Shown here piece by piece: positions 26,581-40,485 of a stretch of 64,000 nt of DNA (positions within the stretch are counted from its first letter, which is position 1; each line of letters begins with the position of its first letter). Where the stretch lies: the NCBI RefSeq assembly GCF_018977255.1, contig NW_024704743.1:24058001-24122000 (forward strand). The letters are read 5' to 3'. Both the position numbers and the translations under genes were made by a program. Below the pieces are notes generated by a model. It made no database searches, was not told where the DNA came from, and was given only the letters and a program-made list of their open reading frames with translations. The DNA comes from Callorhinchus milii. Lineage: Eukaryota.

Positions 26581-27879
26581 TTCAGCGGAAATACTGACAT
26601 TCTTCAAAGACAAAATTGGATACAGCGTTATTTGTTGCAAACTACAATTTCAGCAATTGGGTTTATTGAACATTATTGTAGATTTGCCAATATTTACGAA
26701 TATTGAATTACAATTGAAGAGGTCGGCCCTCGGTGGTTTATTTTGCATCAGAAGTTAGCTTGGTGCAAAAATAATGAACAATGTGTTGTCTCATTCTGTG
26801 AAATTATCACTGGTTTTGAGACTCCAAATAGATATTGACACCGTGTGCCAACATAAAGGTATTTTCAGTCACAAATATATCCCTACATGTGGACAAAACA
26901 AAAGTGGAGGTTCTTTGTTCGGGGAAGCCCCAGCCAAGCGAGAGAATGCTGTTTCAGAAGCTTCTAAGTAGCATCTGTAAGAAGGAAAGAATGGGAGACA
27001 TAAATGGGGGAAAGGTCTGCTCTAATCCCTCCCAAGGTCAGTGGGCAAAAGCAGGACCAGGTACAATGATGTATGGGACAAGTGAGGGGTAGGCATGAGG
27101 AACGGCACTTAATCAGGCAAATATATCTTACTGGTGGGCAGGGCACATCACAAAGGGACTGGGGTAGAATCACTGCAGGTACTGCACATAGTGATTGAAA
27201 GCAGTGAGAAGGATATTACAGAAGGAGTGTGTGGTTGGGAGGCTGCAGGATAGGAAGGCAGCACTTATGCTATTTGAGCTCCTCACAGGGACGGTCAGGA
27301 ATTGAGATGGATAATTAGTTTCAGCAGGTGGTTAATGTGAAGCTGAAATGGATTTCAGAGTTGATTTAAGATTGGCTTTCGGGCAGAGATTAATTATTTA
27401 GTAGAAAATGTCTTATTCTGAACCTCAGCAGGTCCAGGGAGACCAGCCCAGAACACCCATTGTGAGTTATCAAACCAAAATGTTCAAGTCGGTTTGAGAG
27501 GGAGATTGGAGAGGATAAAGGGGGAATAGAGCAAGACAGGAATTACAAAGGAATGGTCAGACATGACTTGGGAGGTGGATGGTGAGTAACTGGGAAAAGA
27601 TGGACAGTGTGTGCAACTAAAAGGGAGCCCTTTTCAGTGCTTGTGAAATAGAAAGATTTAACCACACGTGGTATTTTAAGAATATCTAATACATTACAAT
27701 TCAGGAACAGCAAGCTGCCTTACAGGATTGCATCGAAGTTATGTGGATATTCATTTTTACTATTACCTGCCTATTTTTCCTCAGGGCAGTGCTCCTTACA
27801 ATTGAAATATTAACACACCATTTATGATAAAATGTAATATTGTGCAAAAAATTCTTAAATGCAGTTTTAATTTGTGAGT

Positions 27880-28290
27880 CAGTCTCATCTCCAAGTCAAA
27901 AGGTTGTGGGTACAAACCCCATCATTGGGACTTGGCACTCTTATAGTCTAGGATGACACTCTAATACAGTTATGTTGTCAGAGGTGCCGTCCTTAGGATG
28001 AGACATGAAACTGAGACCTCATCTGCCTATTCAGGTGGTTGTTAAAGATCCCATGACACTATGCAAAAACAGTAGGGAGCTTCTCTCGATGTCCTGGCCA
28101 ATAATGCTCCCCTAAAATAAAAATTGATCATTCACTTCATGGCTGTTTGTGGGACCTTCCTGTGCACAAATTGGCTGCTGCATTCTCCCAAGAACACACA
28201 ATCACTGGACTTTACTGTGTATCCTATGAAGTTCTTTGGGACGACTTCCTGATGTGAAAGGCACTTTACCAAATGTAACTATTATTGTTT
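27880..28290 (+). mobile_element. Older Deu-type SINE (SacSINE1-like), near full length
   Basis: Head aggttgtgggtacaaacccc, tgtcagaggtgccgtcctt, Deu core gctgtttgtgggaccttcctgtgcacaaattggctgc, L2-type tail. Confidence 0.8.
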
Positions 28291-28669
28291 TAATTTGGAA
28301 GCTGGTTTCTTTTAAGACTGATGGAAAACCAGCTTCAAAATTAACAGTGAATTTAAATATTTGCCTAAATTTTGCGCAATCTGAAACTTCAAGGCAAAAT
28401 AGTTTTACAGGCCCGACTAGGTGGAATTTTGAGCACCTGTTGCTAGATTTGTTCACTGGCACCACTATCATTTGGCTTAATAACAATAATTAAAAAGTGG
28501 GTTGTGGATAGCGGTTGTTTGGAAAGCTGTTTAGTTAATGCAATTGGTATTGTCACACCAGGCACAATGCAATTCTGTCTGTCTGCCAATAAACTAATGG
28601 GCACTCAGAAAAGGTCAGTGAATAGATTATTTGCCTGTTTTTATTGTTTAGGAGAATAAAATCCCCACA

Positions 28670-28905
28670 AAAGGGTGAAACGTTGGGCAAGTTTGCTTAC
28701 TCCACACGCCTCTGTTTACCTAAAAATTAAAAATAAAAACGGTCACTCAATCCACGACTGTTTGTGGACGCTGCTGTGCGCAATTGGTTGACGTATTTTG
28801 CTCTAAAAATGTACAGTCAATTCACTTTACAGTATATTCTGTGAAGCGCATTGAGACGCCTCGAAGATGTGATAAGGCGCTATATCAAATGCCAGGATTA
28901 TTATT
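28670..28905 (+). mobile_element. tRNA-Deu SINE, head missing
   Basis: gggtgaaacgttgggcaagttt...gcgctatatcaaatgccaggattatt. Confidence 0.85.
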
Positions 28906-31782
28906 TTTATTAATAGAAGGAGCCTGTCCAACATACTGCTGCTTCTGCCTTGCTCTAACTTTCAGGAGCGATTTCATAAATGGCCATACATTGAAATCAC
29001 ACACACACAAAATAATAGATGAAGCTCTCTCTATATACGTGCACATTGTGTAACCAAGTTCAAACCACAAAAAACTCATGTCAAGCATTTGACAGAAAAG
29101 CAGACAAAGTCTTTCTTTGTAGATTTCAATAACTCCTTATTCCCCTTTGGTCAAAAAAATTATCCTTGCCAAATGTCAGACAGTGGATGGAGAGCTGAGT
29201 TACTGCAGTCACGTTGCATAGTCTGATGGCTTAAACAGCTGTCGCAAGGACTGAGGCTCAACAGATATAAATCATTGTTGTAAACCCATGGATCACGTGA
29301 CAAGAGAACTGTGGGTCTTCCCATTCCAGGGCTCATATCTTGATGATAGATTTGTAATGATGATCCCTTATTTTGAAGAATGACTTCAACACTGTAGTAT
29401 ATTCTTGTCATTTATTAAATAGCTCCTGAAGATTTAGAACCTTTTTTTAAAAAAAACTTATGCCTGCACAGATCATTACTCAGCTAAGATTCAGGGTCAT
29501 TTTCCATTGCTGGTAACTTTACCATCTTTGACCGTGTGTGTTTAGATGGGATTTTTTCCCACGCCCCCACCCAATGGTCTATAATGCATGCTTGCTGCCA
29601 GGTTCAGTATATTTTCTGACCAGCAGAATGACTTTCCCTGATCTGTGTGCTGTGAGGATGATGGCAAACTGCACAATGACAAAACAAGATTTTCTATTTT
29701 AAGCAAGATTTATTTTTTTGTAAAAAGTTACAATGTTTCCCAAATGCCTTTTATTTTAATACAAGTTTTTAGCCTTTTCATTAATGTTTTAGCTTTTGAT
29801 GTGTATTTTTGGAAATGCATAGAATTAGATTTAGTGTATTTTTTAAAGCATGGATCAACTTTGGTAACAACAAAAATATTCCAAACTACAAGAGTTCTGC
29901 AAGTTTGTAAAATGTTTTTAAAATGATTTAAAATTATGCATTGTAGTTTTGTAAAAATAGCTTGGTATTGCACGTCTGAAAATTGCATATAAACCATTTT
30001 TTTTCCATAGACACAGTGCATGACTGCTTTGCTATGAATTTGGATAGTGCTTTCATTTAAATGTTAACTAACATCTAAACACCAGAACAGGAAGTGAAAA
30101 AACAGTCGGTAAATTCCACAAGTGGAATAACTCCTCAAACCTCAATATTCCACATAAACAAACTAAGAGGCGTTAACAGTGTGCACTTATAATGGGAAAA
30201 TCCTATTCTCAGTGCACGTTAGCTAATATTCTCCATTTGAATCCAGTGCAAAGATATCCCATGTGCCGCAGCTGGTGTGAAGTGGATCATCCCTGAGTCC
30301 TGCATTACATACTTCAGCTTGTAATACCCTCCAGTTAAAACATACAATATCACTGGCTTAAAAGCTGTTGCACAGTGGGCAGTCTCCTGCCTGAGATGTC
30401 TGCAAGCGACAGAATAAATAGTATGTCAGGTTTTCTTTGGCGATCAACAAAAACGTGAGACTTTCCATTGAACCTTGGGGTAATGTACTTATAATACAAA
30501 ATCCCACTGGACATTTACAGGCTTGATGCTAAACCCATAACTAAACAAGTATTGTAGCCCAATGTACACATACCATGATTGGGAGGGGGTGAGGCGATGG
30601 ATTGTGCGTTGGGGGAGAGAGAGACGGTGAATTTTCAACTTTTCTAGATTTTTTAAATCAAAGTCAATATATCAAGTAGACAGACAAGAGTTTTCTGTTC
30701 TTTCCTCTCTCCAAGTTTCTGACTTTTGTTTGGAATACTGTTATATATGTGGAATATTAGAAGTGTTGCGTTGTTGCATGTGCTGTCCTTTGGATGAGAC
30801 ATTAACTCAAGGTCCTGCCTGACTGTTCAAGTGGATGTTAAAGATCCCATGGCACTATTCATAAAGAGAAGAGAGTTTCTCCCAGTGTTTTGACCCACAG
30901 GTAAAAGGTTGGTGGTTCACTTCATGACTGTTAAGGGACTTTGCGGTGCTCAAATTGGCACTTCTCAAGTGCAGGGATGGCCAGGTGTGATAGTCGAGAC
31001 AGGATCCATACCTTTCAAGAGGGACCTCTAAATACATATTCAAAATGGAATAACTTGCAGAGGTATGGGGTAAAGCCAGTTAAAGGGACTGAATGATTTG
31101 CTCTTTTGAAGAGCCAGCACAGACAGGATGGGCTAAAAACGTACTTTTGTACTGCAAATTTTTATGGTTCTACAGAGAGTATTTTATCTCCACACCCCTC
31201 AAATGTATTAAATATTTGTACAACATCTTAACTTCACAGAGTCAAAGGTTCTAGTCTGAACCAAGCTGAGAGCGGGTGAGCAGAACTAATCCTATCCCCG
31301 ATCAGTCAATCAACCAGTGTGGAAGCCATTCCTTTTTACTACTTCTACAACTCCTCTTACTGTCCCAACAATAGTGGCATATACCGAGAACAAACTACCT
31401 TCGGCCTCCTGGCACTTTCAAATAGAAAAGGGGGGCTATTATAATACCTTTGCCAATTACACGGGATTATAATGTCAGAAGGTGCTGCACTGTGATCAGA
31501 GATGACCCTGTATATACCACTGGGACTTTGGGTCAGCTCTCAATACAGACTCACAGTATATTCAATAAACAGATGAACATGGTTTGCAGTCTAAACATTG
31601 AGTAGGTTGATATGAAGTATCGATCTGGAATAAGCACAGCAGTATCGGAGTTGGTAAGAAGAGTATAAATAGGATTCTTATTGCACTGGATTGTGTATCC
31701 TTTCCATTTTCTCGAGTAGCAGAGTAACATTAATAATGCACTCACATTTTGTTTGTACATTTTGGAGATTGTATCAAAAGGC

Positions 31783-32882
31783 CAGACCTCCTCACAGCAG
31801 CTTCACAACAACCTCTTACAAGGTCGGAAGTATCTGTACCTGCTGAAACAGCTTGAGGCATTGCAAGTGCCTAGAGCAGCCCATGAGAAAGAGGCCTCCA
31901 GGACTGTAAACAATTCCGATGAAACTGGCTGCTATTTGCCAACCACTCAGAATGAATCCAATCACCCAGAGGTCAGTACCTGGCCCAAAGGGTAGCCTTT
32001 TTTTAAAAAAAAATCTTTTAACATTAAAAGAAATGCTTTTCCTGCATTTATTTGATTAAAAAAACTAAACACTGAAGATTCACAGTGGTGTATAATAAAT
32101 GATCCCAGGCACACTGCGCTGCCTGGTATGTCCCTAAACTACAAGATTCTATTTAATATTAATACACGCCCCACCCCTACTCCCATTCATAGCGTTTTGT
32201 TCAACTGTTAATGGCAAATATGAAAATGTGACAAACTGCACTTTTAAGTCTGGTTGAGTTTAGTAACCCCTGGATGCCTTCATTCAGGAAAGAAATAGGG
32301 ATTGTGACCTCCAACCAAGGATGTGTTTTTGTCTAGTTATTTTGTATATAATAATAATAATTCTTGCATTTGATATTGCTCCTTACCACGTCTTCTAGAC
32401 GTCTCAAAGTGCTTCACAGAATATACTCTAAAGCGAATTGACTGTATGTTTCGTTGGCAAAACACGGCAGCCAATTGCACACAGCAGTGTCCCACAAACA
32501 GTCATAGACCCCATTATTATTATTTTTTTAAATTTTGAAGGGATGATTAGCCCCGGAAAAGCAATCTGCCAAATGACCGACAACTGGGCTCTTACTTGCT
32601 GCTAAACAGAGGCTTGTGGAGTAAGGAAACATGCCCAACGTTTCACCCTGCCTGGGAATTGAATCTAGGTCCTCGTGCTTGCAAGACAAGTGCTCTAACC
32701 ACTAAGCTACAGGGCTCCACTGAATCGCTGCAGGTTACGATTCAGACCTCCTCACAGCAGCTTCACAACAACCTCTTACAAGGTCGGAGGCATCTGTACC
32801 TGCTGAAACAGCTTGAGGCATTGCAAGTGCCTAGAGCAGCCCATGAAAAACAGGCCTCCAGGACTGTAAACAATTCCGATGA
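31783..32882 (+). repeat. 140-bp direct repeat pair (31783-31922 and 32743-32882)
   Basis: Four mismatches in 140 bp; period 960 bp. Confidence 0.95.
32347..32720 (-). mobile_element. tRNA-Deu SINE, full length
   Basis: Tail, Deu core and tRNA head all present on the minus strand. Confidence 0.9.
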
Positions 32883-33819
32883 TTGCTTCCTTTTCTGTTT
32901 ACTGGATGTTCTAAAATGCTTGTTTTAGTGTGAATCTGTTCCACTTCCCATTAAAACGAATGAGAAGAAGCGCTGCTCTGGGATTATTGGCCAGCACCTT
33001 CGGATGTCCTACCAATGCGAAAAGTGCTATAAAAATGCAATTTTCTGTTGGTGCCCCCTACAGTCTTGTTCTCACTGTGTGGTGAGCTGCCCTCTGGTAC
33101 TGTCTGGATGAGCCATTATCTGAAAAGCTCATTAACTTTAAAGATGGAAGGTGAGTATAATGATCAACAAGTAATTATCACTGGATGTGTCCCAACATGT
33201 TCATTCTTAAACAACTAGTTGAAACAGATGACCAGTTTACCCTCCTCCACAGAGCATTAGGTGTCCTGATCCCTGTTTATTCTCAATGGGAGAAGCTGAA
33301 TGAACATTATGTGACTGTTCACTTTCCACCAGCGTGTTAAGTCTATTTTCAGAATAATCACAAGGTACCTTTTTGTAAAAACAACTTCCTTGTTTTGAGA
33401 AAAAAAGACAGCTCATCTTCAATTTCCTGCAGAACCACATTCCCACAAGCCAATTATTTGATGCTTTACCCAAAACACAAGAGGATCATCTCCGAAAAAA
33501 TGCATATATGTTGCACTCAGTGGTCACTGAAGCACGGACAGTCATGCATTTTAATGACCAGGGAAATGGATTGGTTATCCTCTGTCTGACTGGGCTTTCC
33601 TGATTTCATTTTACAAACCTTTGCCTAAAGACTGAAATTATTTTCTTTGCCACATTTTCTATCAATCCACTACAAAACCTATCAGCAGGTGACTTCATCA
33701 AACTTGCACTGTTCAGTGCTTTTCCCCTAGGTGGAAGTCTCAAAGGGCTTTACCGACGTAATGTGGATCATCTAGCAAGTTGGGAAGAGGGGTTGAAACT
33801 CAAATCTATTTCTCCTCTT

Positions 33820-34650
33820 CCAGCTGCGACTCCCGGTCCGTTGATGTTCTGCCAGCTTGTTAGTCAGACACCAAGGCCTGGATGACCGCAAACTGCCTGC
33901 AGCGGAACATTGACAAGACAGAAGCCATACTCCTTGGCTCCCATCAACGCCTTCTGTCCTGCAACTCTGACCTCCTCAACCTCCCCAGTCTATCTAAGAC
34001 CTGTACATAACCAAGGCTTTCCTCCATCACATTGCCGACCTCCAACTGTACCTCAACCCAAACACAGCTGAGACCCTTGTTCACTCTTTCATCACCTCCT
34101 GCCTAGATTATTCCAATGCCCTCCTCACTGGTTTCCCCAGCTCCATTATCCACAAAATTCAACTAATTCTGAACTCTGCCATATACCCACCTGCTCTAAA
34201 CACCATATCCCCATCACACCAGTCCTTGCCAGGCTCCATTGGCTCCCTATCAAAGAATGGATTGACTTCAAGATCCTCACATTCATCTACAAATCCCTTC
34301 ATGCCCATACGCCTCTCTACCTCTCCGACCTGCTTAACCCCCACTCTGCCACCCACCGTCTCTACTCAACTGGCTCCAGCCTCCTGCTTGTCCCTCGGCC
34401 CCTCCGCTTCACCATCGGTGGCCGTGGCTTCAGCCACTATGCCCCGAAATGGTGAAACTCTCTCCCTCAATCCCTCTGCCTTGTTCCCTTCTTCCCCTTT
34501 TTCAGATCATGCCTGAAGACCTTCCTCTACAACTACGCTTACAGTCAACTCCTTCCTCCATCCAGCTCGGCATCAGGCTCTGCCACTGTTAAGGGCTATG
34601 AGACATTACCCTGTGTAAAGAGTGCTATATAAATGCAAATTGTTGTTGTT
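33820..34650 (+). mobile_element. L2 LINE (second, older family)
   Basis: [20 protein letters not shown] and LHWLP...IDFKIL motifs; tail with taccct-type loop. Confidence 0.85.
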
Positions 34651-35857
34651 ATTGGTGGTGGTGGTTTAAGGATTTTGACCAAAGGTGTGGTCAAAGATAG
34701 CTTTTTCAGGAGTGTTTTGGGACCAAAGTAAATGGTTGTGGGGACGTAATTCCAGAGAGTGGGGCTTAGTGACTGGAAGCTCTGCCACTAATGGTGGGTC
34801 AGGGCGAAGAAAAACATCAACACATCATATCTATCATTGACAGAGCAAGCCAGTATAGCCGAATGATTCTGTTCAGTGCACACACTGCTACATGGCCACA
34901 TATATAACAGAAATGCATATTGTATATTGCATTGGACTTCTAATGCAAATTGTAGTATTATTACAGCACTGCAATTATATGCAACACGATTCTAGCACCT
35001 ATAGCAATAGTGGCTGTGTACCTGAATTTAATATAACTAGACCAAACCAAGTGGAAATGGTTAAAGATGTGCCCAACCTTTTCACCTCTCTCTCTCTTTA
35101 TCAGTAAAAACTGCAATGTATTAAAGTGCAGTGCAACATCTAACAAACAGACATGTGAAACAGAGCAGCAATGTAGTACAATACGTGAGAGAGACACAGG
35201 TTCAGGGGCTGTTAAACTGGAATGTCCTTTATGGAGAGCCTCTGTGCAATAGTGCCGTAAGAAGAATATCCTATGGGTGAGCCAGCACTTGCACAATCAC
35301 CTTGGGCTGCAATGAATTGTCTCATAACATCCCGGGGCGAGCACTCACTCACATAGCATCACTATGACTGGGACACACATCTCCGTCAACAAAAAAAAGA
35401 TGAAACTATTTAGGTCATCTGCTTTTCAAAAAAAAATTGTAGCTCCTGGGCGCTGGTCACAGTTTGAAATTGTGTGATTGAAAGAAGTTACACAGTCATT
35501 GATTTTGCCCAAAGGTACATTTTGTGCTGAAGGTTTAAGAACACCTTCCATTATGAAAGTGGACCTTTTAAGCAAACTGAAAATAGAGAACCTCTGATTG
35601 CCACTTCTAAACAACATCTTCGATTAAAAAGTTGCACTTAACCCGACACTTCCCACTCCTGCCACTGAACTGAGGTCCTGTGCATTCTGTTACTGTTCAT
35701 AGACAGTTCACCCGTTCACTCTCTCCATCTCAATGAATGCATCTTCTATTTGATAAGAGGAACCGAGTAAAAGTGCAAATTATCTGGACTAAGGTATTGT
35801 TGTTGCTGTTTTGTTTGCTATAGTTTAACAAGATCTCTCTGTCCCTATACAGCCCCT

Positions 35858-36717
35858 TCACAGCGATTTCTGATTCCCTGCTAACTTGGCTGCTCTCTGC
35901 TTCTCTGCCTCCTCAGCTTTCTTCTTCTCCTCTTCTTCCTCCGCTTTCTTCCTTTCCTCCTTCAGCTCCTTATACCTCCACTTGGGGATGTCCAGAAAAT
36001 AACTCTCCTGGGTGCTGCTTCTCCTGCGTATCCGTTCTGGCTGATAGGTTGGAGTGGGCGCTTTGATCACACGCACCTTTGGCATCACTAGGCCTGGTCG
36101 GACACTGCTCCTTCTCATCATGTTCAGGGGCAGTAGACTGCTCCTCCTGGTGGAAACCACAGACATTTGGCTGGGGTCGAGGTTCACAGGCTGCAGACTC
36201 GCTCTCCTGTCCTTCATTTTTGTAAGCAGGACCACTTGCGAGTTTTGAAATTTTTTTTGGTATTCGTTAGTGTTGTCCTTTCCCTGAGCTTTGATATCCT
36301 GAGCCTTTTGCTGGTTCAGGATCTCCTGAACTGCCAGCCTGCGCTTGCCCACGCAGGGAGGACTGTCCGGGCACACTGTCCTACACCCGATCGCAACGAA
36401 AGGGCTGCAAATGCTGGTGGTCATCCTGACCATGTGGTCCATCAGCCCCTCCTCCTCGGGGTCACGGGGCAGATTGAAGGTCAGGGTGGACCTGATGGTC
36501 TCGCAGATTTTTTCCAAACAAGTCCTGGGTTCTTTTGCTTTGGCTACAAGTTCCTTTAGTCTTGGCCACTCGGGTCTGTACTTGTCACTGAACTGCTCAG
36601 GGCAAGGCTTGGCCAGCAGTTTGTGTATGAGGAAGGTGGTATCATGCCGCGCTGTGAACACTGCCCATTGTAGCGGGGTAAACTGCCTCCCGGGATCAGT
36701 GGCACGAATGTCTGCAC
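35858..36717 (-). CDS. ANKRD33B: Ankyrin repeat domain 33B, terminal coding exon (860 nt)
   Basis: Minus-strand acceptor cttcAG (36718-36719), phase 1. Reads (G)ADIRATDPGRQFTPLQWAVFTARHDT...GCRTVCPDSPPCVGKRRLAVQEIL...IPKWRYKELKEERKKAEEEE...KSL*. VCPDSPPCVGKRRLAVQEIL and IPKWRYKE are ANKRD33B-type motifs. Confidence 0.93.
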
Positions 36718-36859
36718 CTGAAGGGAAGACAATGGGTTATTATAAATGTAAATGATTCTTCCTCCTTCGCAACACACTATTTAATGATTCCTTAAAATGG
36801 GAAATATTTCAATGACGTTAAAGTCTGTTTGGTGCTGGGTTTCTGTATGTGTCAGACAC

Positions 36860-37290
36860 TTTCCTCCACGCCGGTCTTCCCAGGTCCACCATGCAAAACT
36901 TGAATTGATTCAAAACTCTGCCGCCTGGATACTAACCCCCACAAAACTTCATACCCCCACACACCTGTGCTTGTCAGGCTGCACTGGCTCCCAATTACCA
37001 AATGGATCGATTTCAAGATCCTCTCGCTCGTTTTCAAATCCCTTCATGTCCTCGCACCTCCCTACCTATCCGATCTGCCATCGGTGGCCGTGGCTTCAGC
37101 TGGAACTCTCTCCCTCAATCTTGCCCCCTTGCTCCCCACTTTCAAATCCTGCCTAAAGACCTTCCTTTTTGATTGTGATTACGGTCACCTTCCCACTCCC
37201 TCTCCCCCTGGCTCGGTGTCAGACTCCACCATTGTCAAGCGATCCAGAATGCTACCCCGTGTGAAGGGCACTGTTTTGTTGTATCATTTT
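36860..37290 (+). mobile_element. L2 3' fragment (ANKRD33B intron)
   Basis: IQNSAAWIL, LHWLPITKWIDFKIL and KTFLFD motifs. Confidence 0.85.
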
Positions 37291-37429
37291 GTTGTATCAT
37301 TTTAAAACAGTGCCAATGGTATAATGGTGTCATTTATTGTTCGGTTAAAGATGTTTCCATCATTTATGTTTATGCGCCTCAGGCTAGGGAATGGTGTAAG
37401 TGGCAGTTTGAGACTTGACCTGTGACTAT

Positions 37430-38230
37430 GGGTCACTTTGCTCCATGTACTCCTTGATCTCTCCATTGCTTTTGATACTGTGGGCTATTCCATCCTCTTT
37501 GATTCCCTCTCCTCCCTCATCCACCTATGAGGGAAGACATGCTCCTGTTTCCACTTGACCACTACTTTGTCTCCTCCAATGGCTTCTCCTTCCACCCTGC
37601 ATAATTCTTGAGCCACTCCTTTTCCTCATCTACATGCTTCCTCTTGGTGACATTATCCACAGACATGGGATTAACTTCCACATAATAATAATAATCCTTA
37701 CGTTAGTTATCTTGCCTGTCACGTCAGGAGGACAGCCCAAAGCATTCCATATGATATACGCTAAAGTGCAGTGTCTGTTGTTTTGGGGTTTAATGACTAT
37801 ATATGTGGATGACATTCAAATCTACTTTTCCACTTTTAGTTGTGCTCCCAGGTCCACTGATGTTCTGCCTGGTTCCTGACTAAGACTGATTTCCTTCACT
37901 TTCACCACATAGCCCACCTCCGCCCCTACTCACACCAATTGTCACTGAAACCCTTATCAATGCTTTAGTCACTTCCCGCTTTGACTTTCAAACGCAATCC
38001 TCATCTCCCCAGTTTTACCATTAACAAGATCCAGCTCTGAAGCCCAAATCCTCACAGGCACTAAAATCTGTATGCATATTACCTCAATCCTCGCCAGGCT
38101 CCACTAGCTTCCTGTCTCCAATTGGTTTTAACATCCTCACCCTTCATACCTTTCCAAATCTCTGACTGTCCAGCACCTTGGAACTTCCTCTCAATGTAGA
38201 AGGCACTATAGAAATGTAACTTGTTGTTGG
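37430..38230 (+). mobile_element. Degenerate L2 with nested antisense SINE tail
   Basis: AFDTV and [21 protein letters not shown] motifs, interrupted at about 37684-37800. Confidence 0.75.
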
Positions 38231-38542
38231 TGTTAGCACTTCCCTATCTCTCTGATCTATTCTACCCCATTCCTCTACCTGGCCCCTCTGCTCAGCTAAC
38301 ACAGGCCTCAACATCCCTTGCCAAACTCCACACTACTATCAGTGCTGAGCCTTGTAGCTTACTTGGTAGCACTCTTGCCTCTGAGTCAGATGGTTGTAGG
38401 TTCAAGCCCAATGTCAGCACTTTGAACTCATTTGGCATCAGCCCTCCACCAGGCACAAAAACACATTAAAATTTGTCCCAGTTAAATTTTTTATTTTTTT
38501 GCAGCAACCAAACAATGTTCAAGCTAATGAAGAGTTGCTTAC

Positions 38543-38683
38543 CTGCCAGTAACAAAGCTCTGACACATTCTGTTCTTCCTTGCATTGCAGCTTTCATCAA
38601 TGGAGTGAATCCATGGACATTCCTCCTCTCGATGTCAAGGCCAGGAAAATAGTTCAGCAAATAATTTGTGATTGTTATGTGTC
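38543..38683 (-). CDS. ANKRD33B: ANKRD33B internal exon (141 nt), ankyrin repeats
   Basis: Bounded by ttgcAG and GTAAG. Reads (G)[46 protein letters not shown](G), with the ankyrin G-x-TPL-x-x-A motif. Phase 1/1 fits both neighbours. Confidence 0.95.
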
Positions 38684-39382
38684 CTGCAACAGTAATGGTT
38701 TGTCAGTAATGGATTAATCATAATCAAGGTCTACAAGCACTAAGATAAAAAAGATGAGGCATTGTAGACAAATGGATCTCTACATTTACTCATCTACAAA
38801 TCGCTTCATGCTCTAGCACCTCCTTATCTCTACAACCCTGCTCATACCCCATCCCTCTACCTAGAATTGAAATTCTAAATTATGGCTATTTTCAGTGGAA
38901 TTGACAGTAAAAGTCTGTTTGCCATTGGTGGCACCTTACTGTTACATGAAAACAAAGCACTCGGAGCCAAACCCACAGGATTATCACTATCTACTTTGAT
39001 TTCCTATAATTTGTTTCACTGGGTAATGTTACCCCATTAAAATTCTCCACGTGCACTTCTTTCTGGTGACTGTACATGCTCCAGATCATAACACTGCTTC
39101 TTGGGAACCCAGTATTTCCTCTCCTCTAATGAGCTGTGTGCTGCAATGAACAGCTGTAAAATGGAACATGAAAAACACCAGAAAGCAGCAGTCTAAAAAC
39201 ACAGATACTTGGGTTTTATTTGCAAAACATCTGCACCAGTTGCATTGTGGAACAACTTCATACTTAATCAAGAGCACAAAGCATTGGTTAATGCTCTTAA
39301 ATTGATATTTTAAAGGGGAATTAAAATCCATTTGCCTTCCAGTGCAGCTTCTTAAAAAAGATTTAAGAACATAAATTCCGCA

Positions 39383-40485
39383 TTTTGTCTCCACAAACGG
39401 CTTCTCTTCCAGCCCCCGCACCGTCATATGTGGTATCCCTCAGGGCTCCCTCCTTTTCAATATCTAAATGCTCCCTCTTGGTGTCATCATCCATACACAT
39501 GGGGTCAACTTCCACATGTACGTGGATGACACTCAACTCTACCTCTCCGCCTCCACCCTCGACTCCACGACTACTGCTGTCCTGACAGAATGTCTGTCGG
39601 ATATCAAGTCCTGGATGGGAGCAAACCTCCTTCAGTTGAATGTCAACAAGACCGAGGCTCTCCTTCTTGGCTCCCGTCATCGCCTCCATAACTCAGGCGT
39701 TGGCAACATCACCCTTCATGGATGCACTCTATGCCTCATGAAGCCAATACAGAACCTCGGCATCCTGTTCGACCCTCAACTGTCCTTCATCGCCCACATC
39801 CATGCCATGACCCTCTCCTCCTTTACCCATCTCCGCAAGGTTGCCCAGCTCTGCAACTATCTCTCTCCACAGGCTGCCGAAACCCTCATCCACGGGTTCA
39901 TCACATCCAGGGTTGACTACGCAAAACCCTCCTTGTCAGCCTCCCCAACTCCTCCCTCCACAGGCTGCAGATCATCCAGAACTCTGCAGTCTGTGTCCTC
40001 TCACGCACCAGGCTCCGTGACCCTATTACCCCCATCCTCGCCCAGCTCCACTGGCTTCCCATCACACAGATGATACAGTTCAAGATCTTCAAAGCCCTCC
40101 ACGGCCTTTCTTCACCCCACTTCTGTGACCTCCTAAACCCCCACCAACCTGTCCATTCTTTCTGCTCAGCAGGCTTCAGCCTGCTTCAGGTCCCCTGCCT
40201 CGCCCACCCCACCATTGGCAGGTGGGCCTTCATCCTCTCTGCCCCCACCCTCTGGAACTCCATTCCACAGTCCCTCTGCCTTGCCTCCTCCCTTACTTCC
40301 TTCAAGACCCATCTCAAGACCCTCCTCTTCAATCGTGCCTTCTGTGAGCCTCCTGCCCCTACCCTCCACCCCTCCTGTTCCCAACCACCAGCTCGGATGC
40401 AGATCCCTGACTGTACAAGGTTGTGGGACGTCCTCCTGACGTGAAAGGCATTATACAAATGTAATTTGTTGTTGTTGTTGTTGTT
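39383..40485 (+). mobile_element. L2 LINE, 5'-truncated
   Basis: [23 protein letters not shown] and ITSRVDY motifs; stem-loop and (TTG)n tail. Confidence 0.93.

Noticed and set aside
29400..35850. ANKRD33B polyadenylation site and 3'UTR end
   Set aside because: Several minus-strand AATAAA candidates sit in AT-rich DNA; one cannot be chosen without transcript data.
36054..36777. Overlapping ORFs on the opposite strand and in alternative frames
   Set aside because: They are shadows of the ANKRD33B terminal exon.
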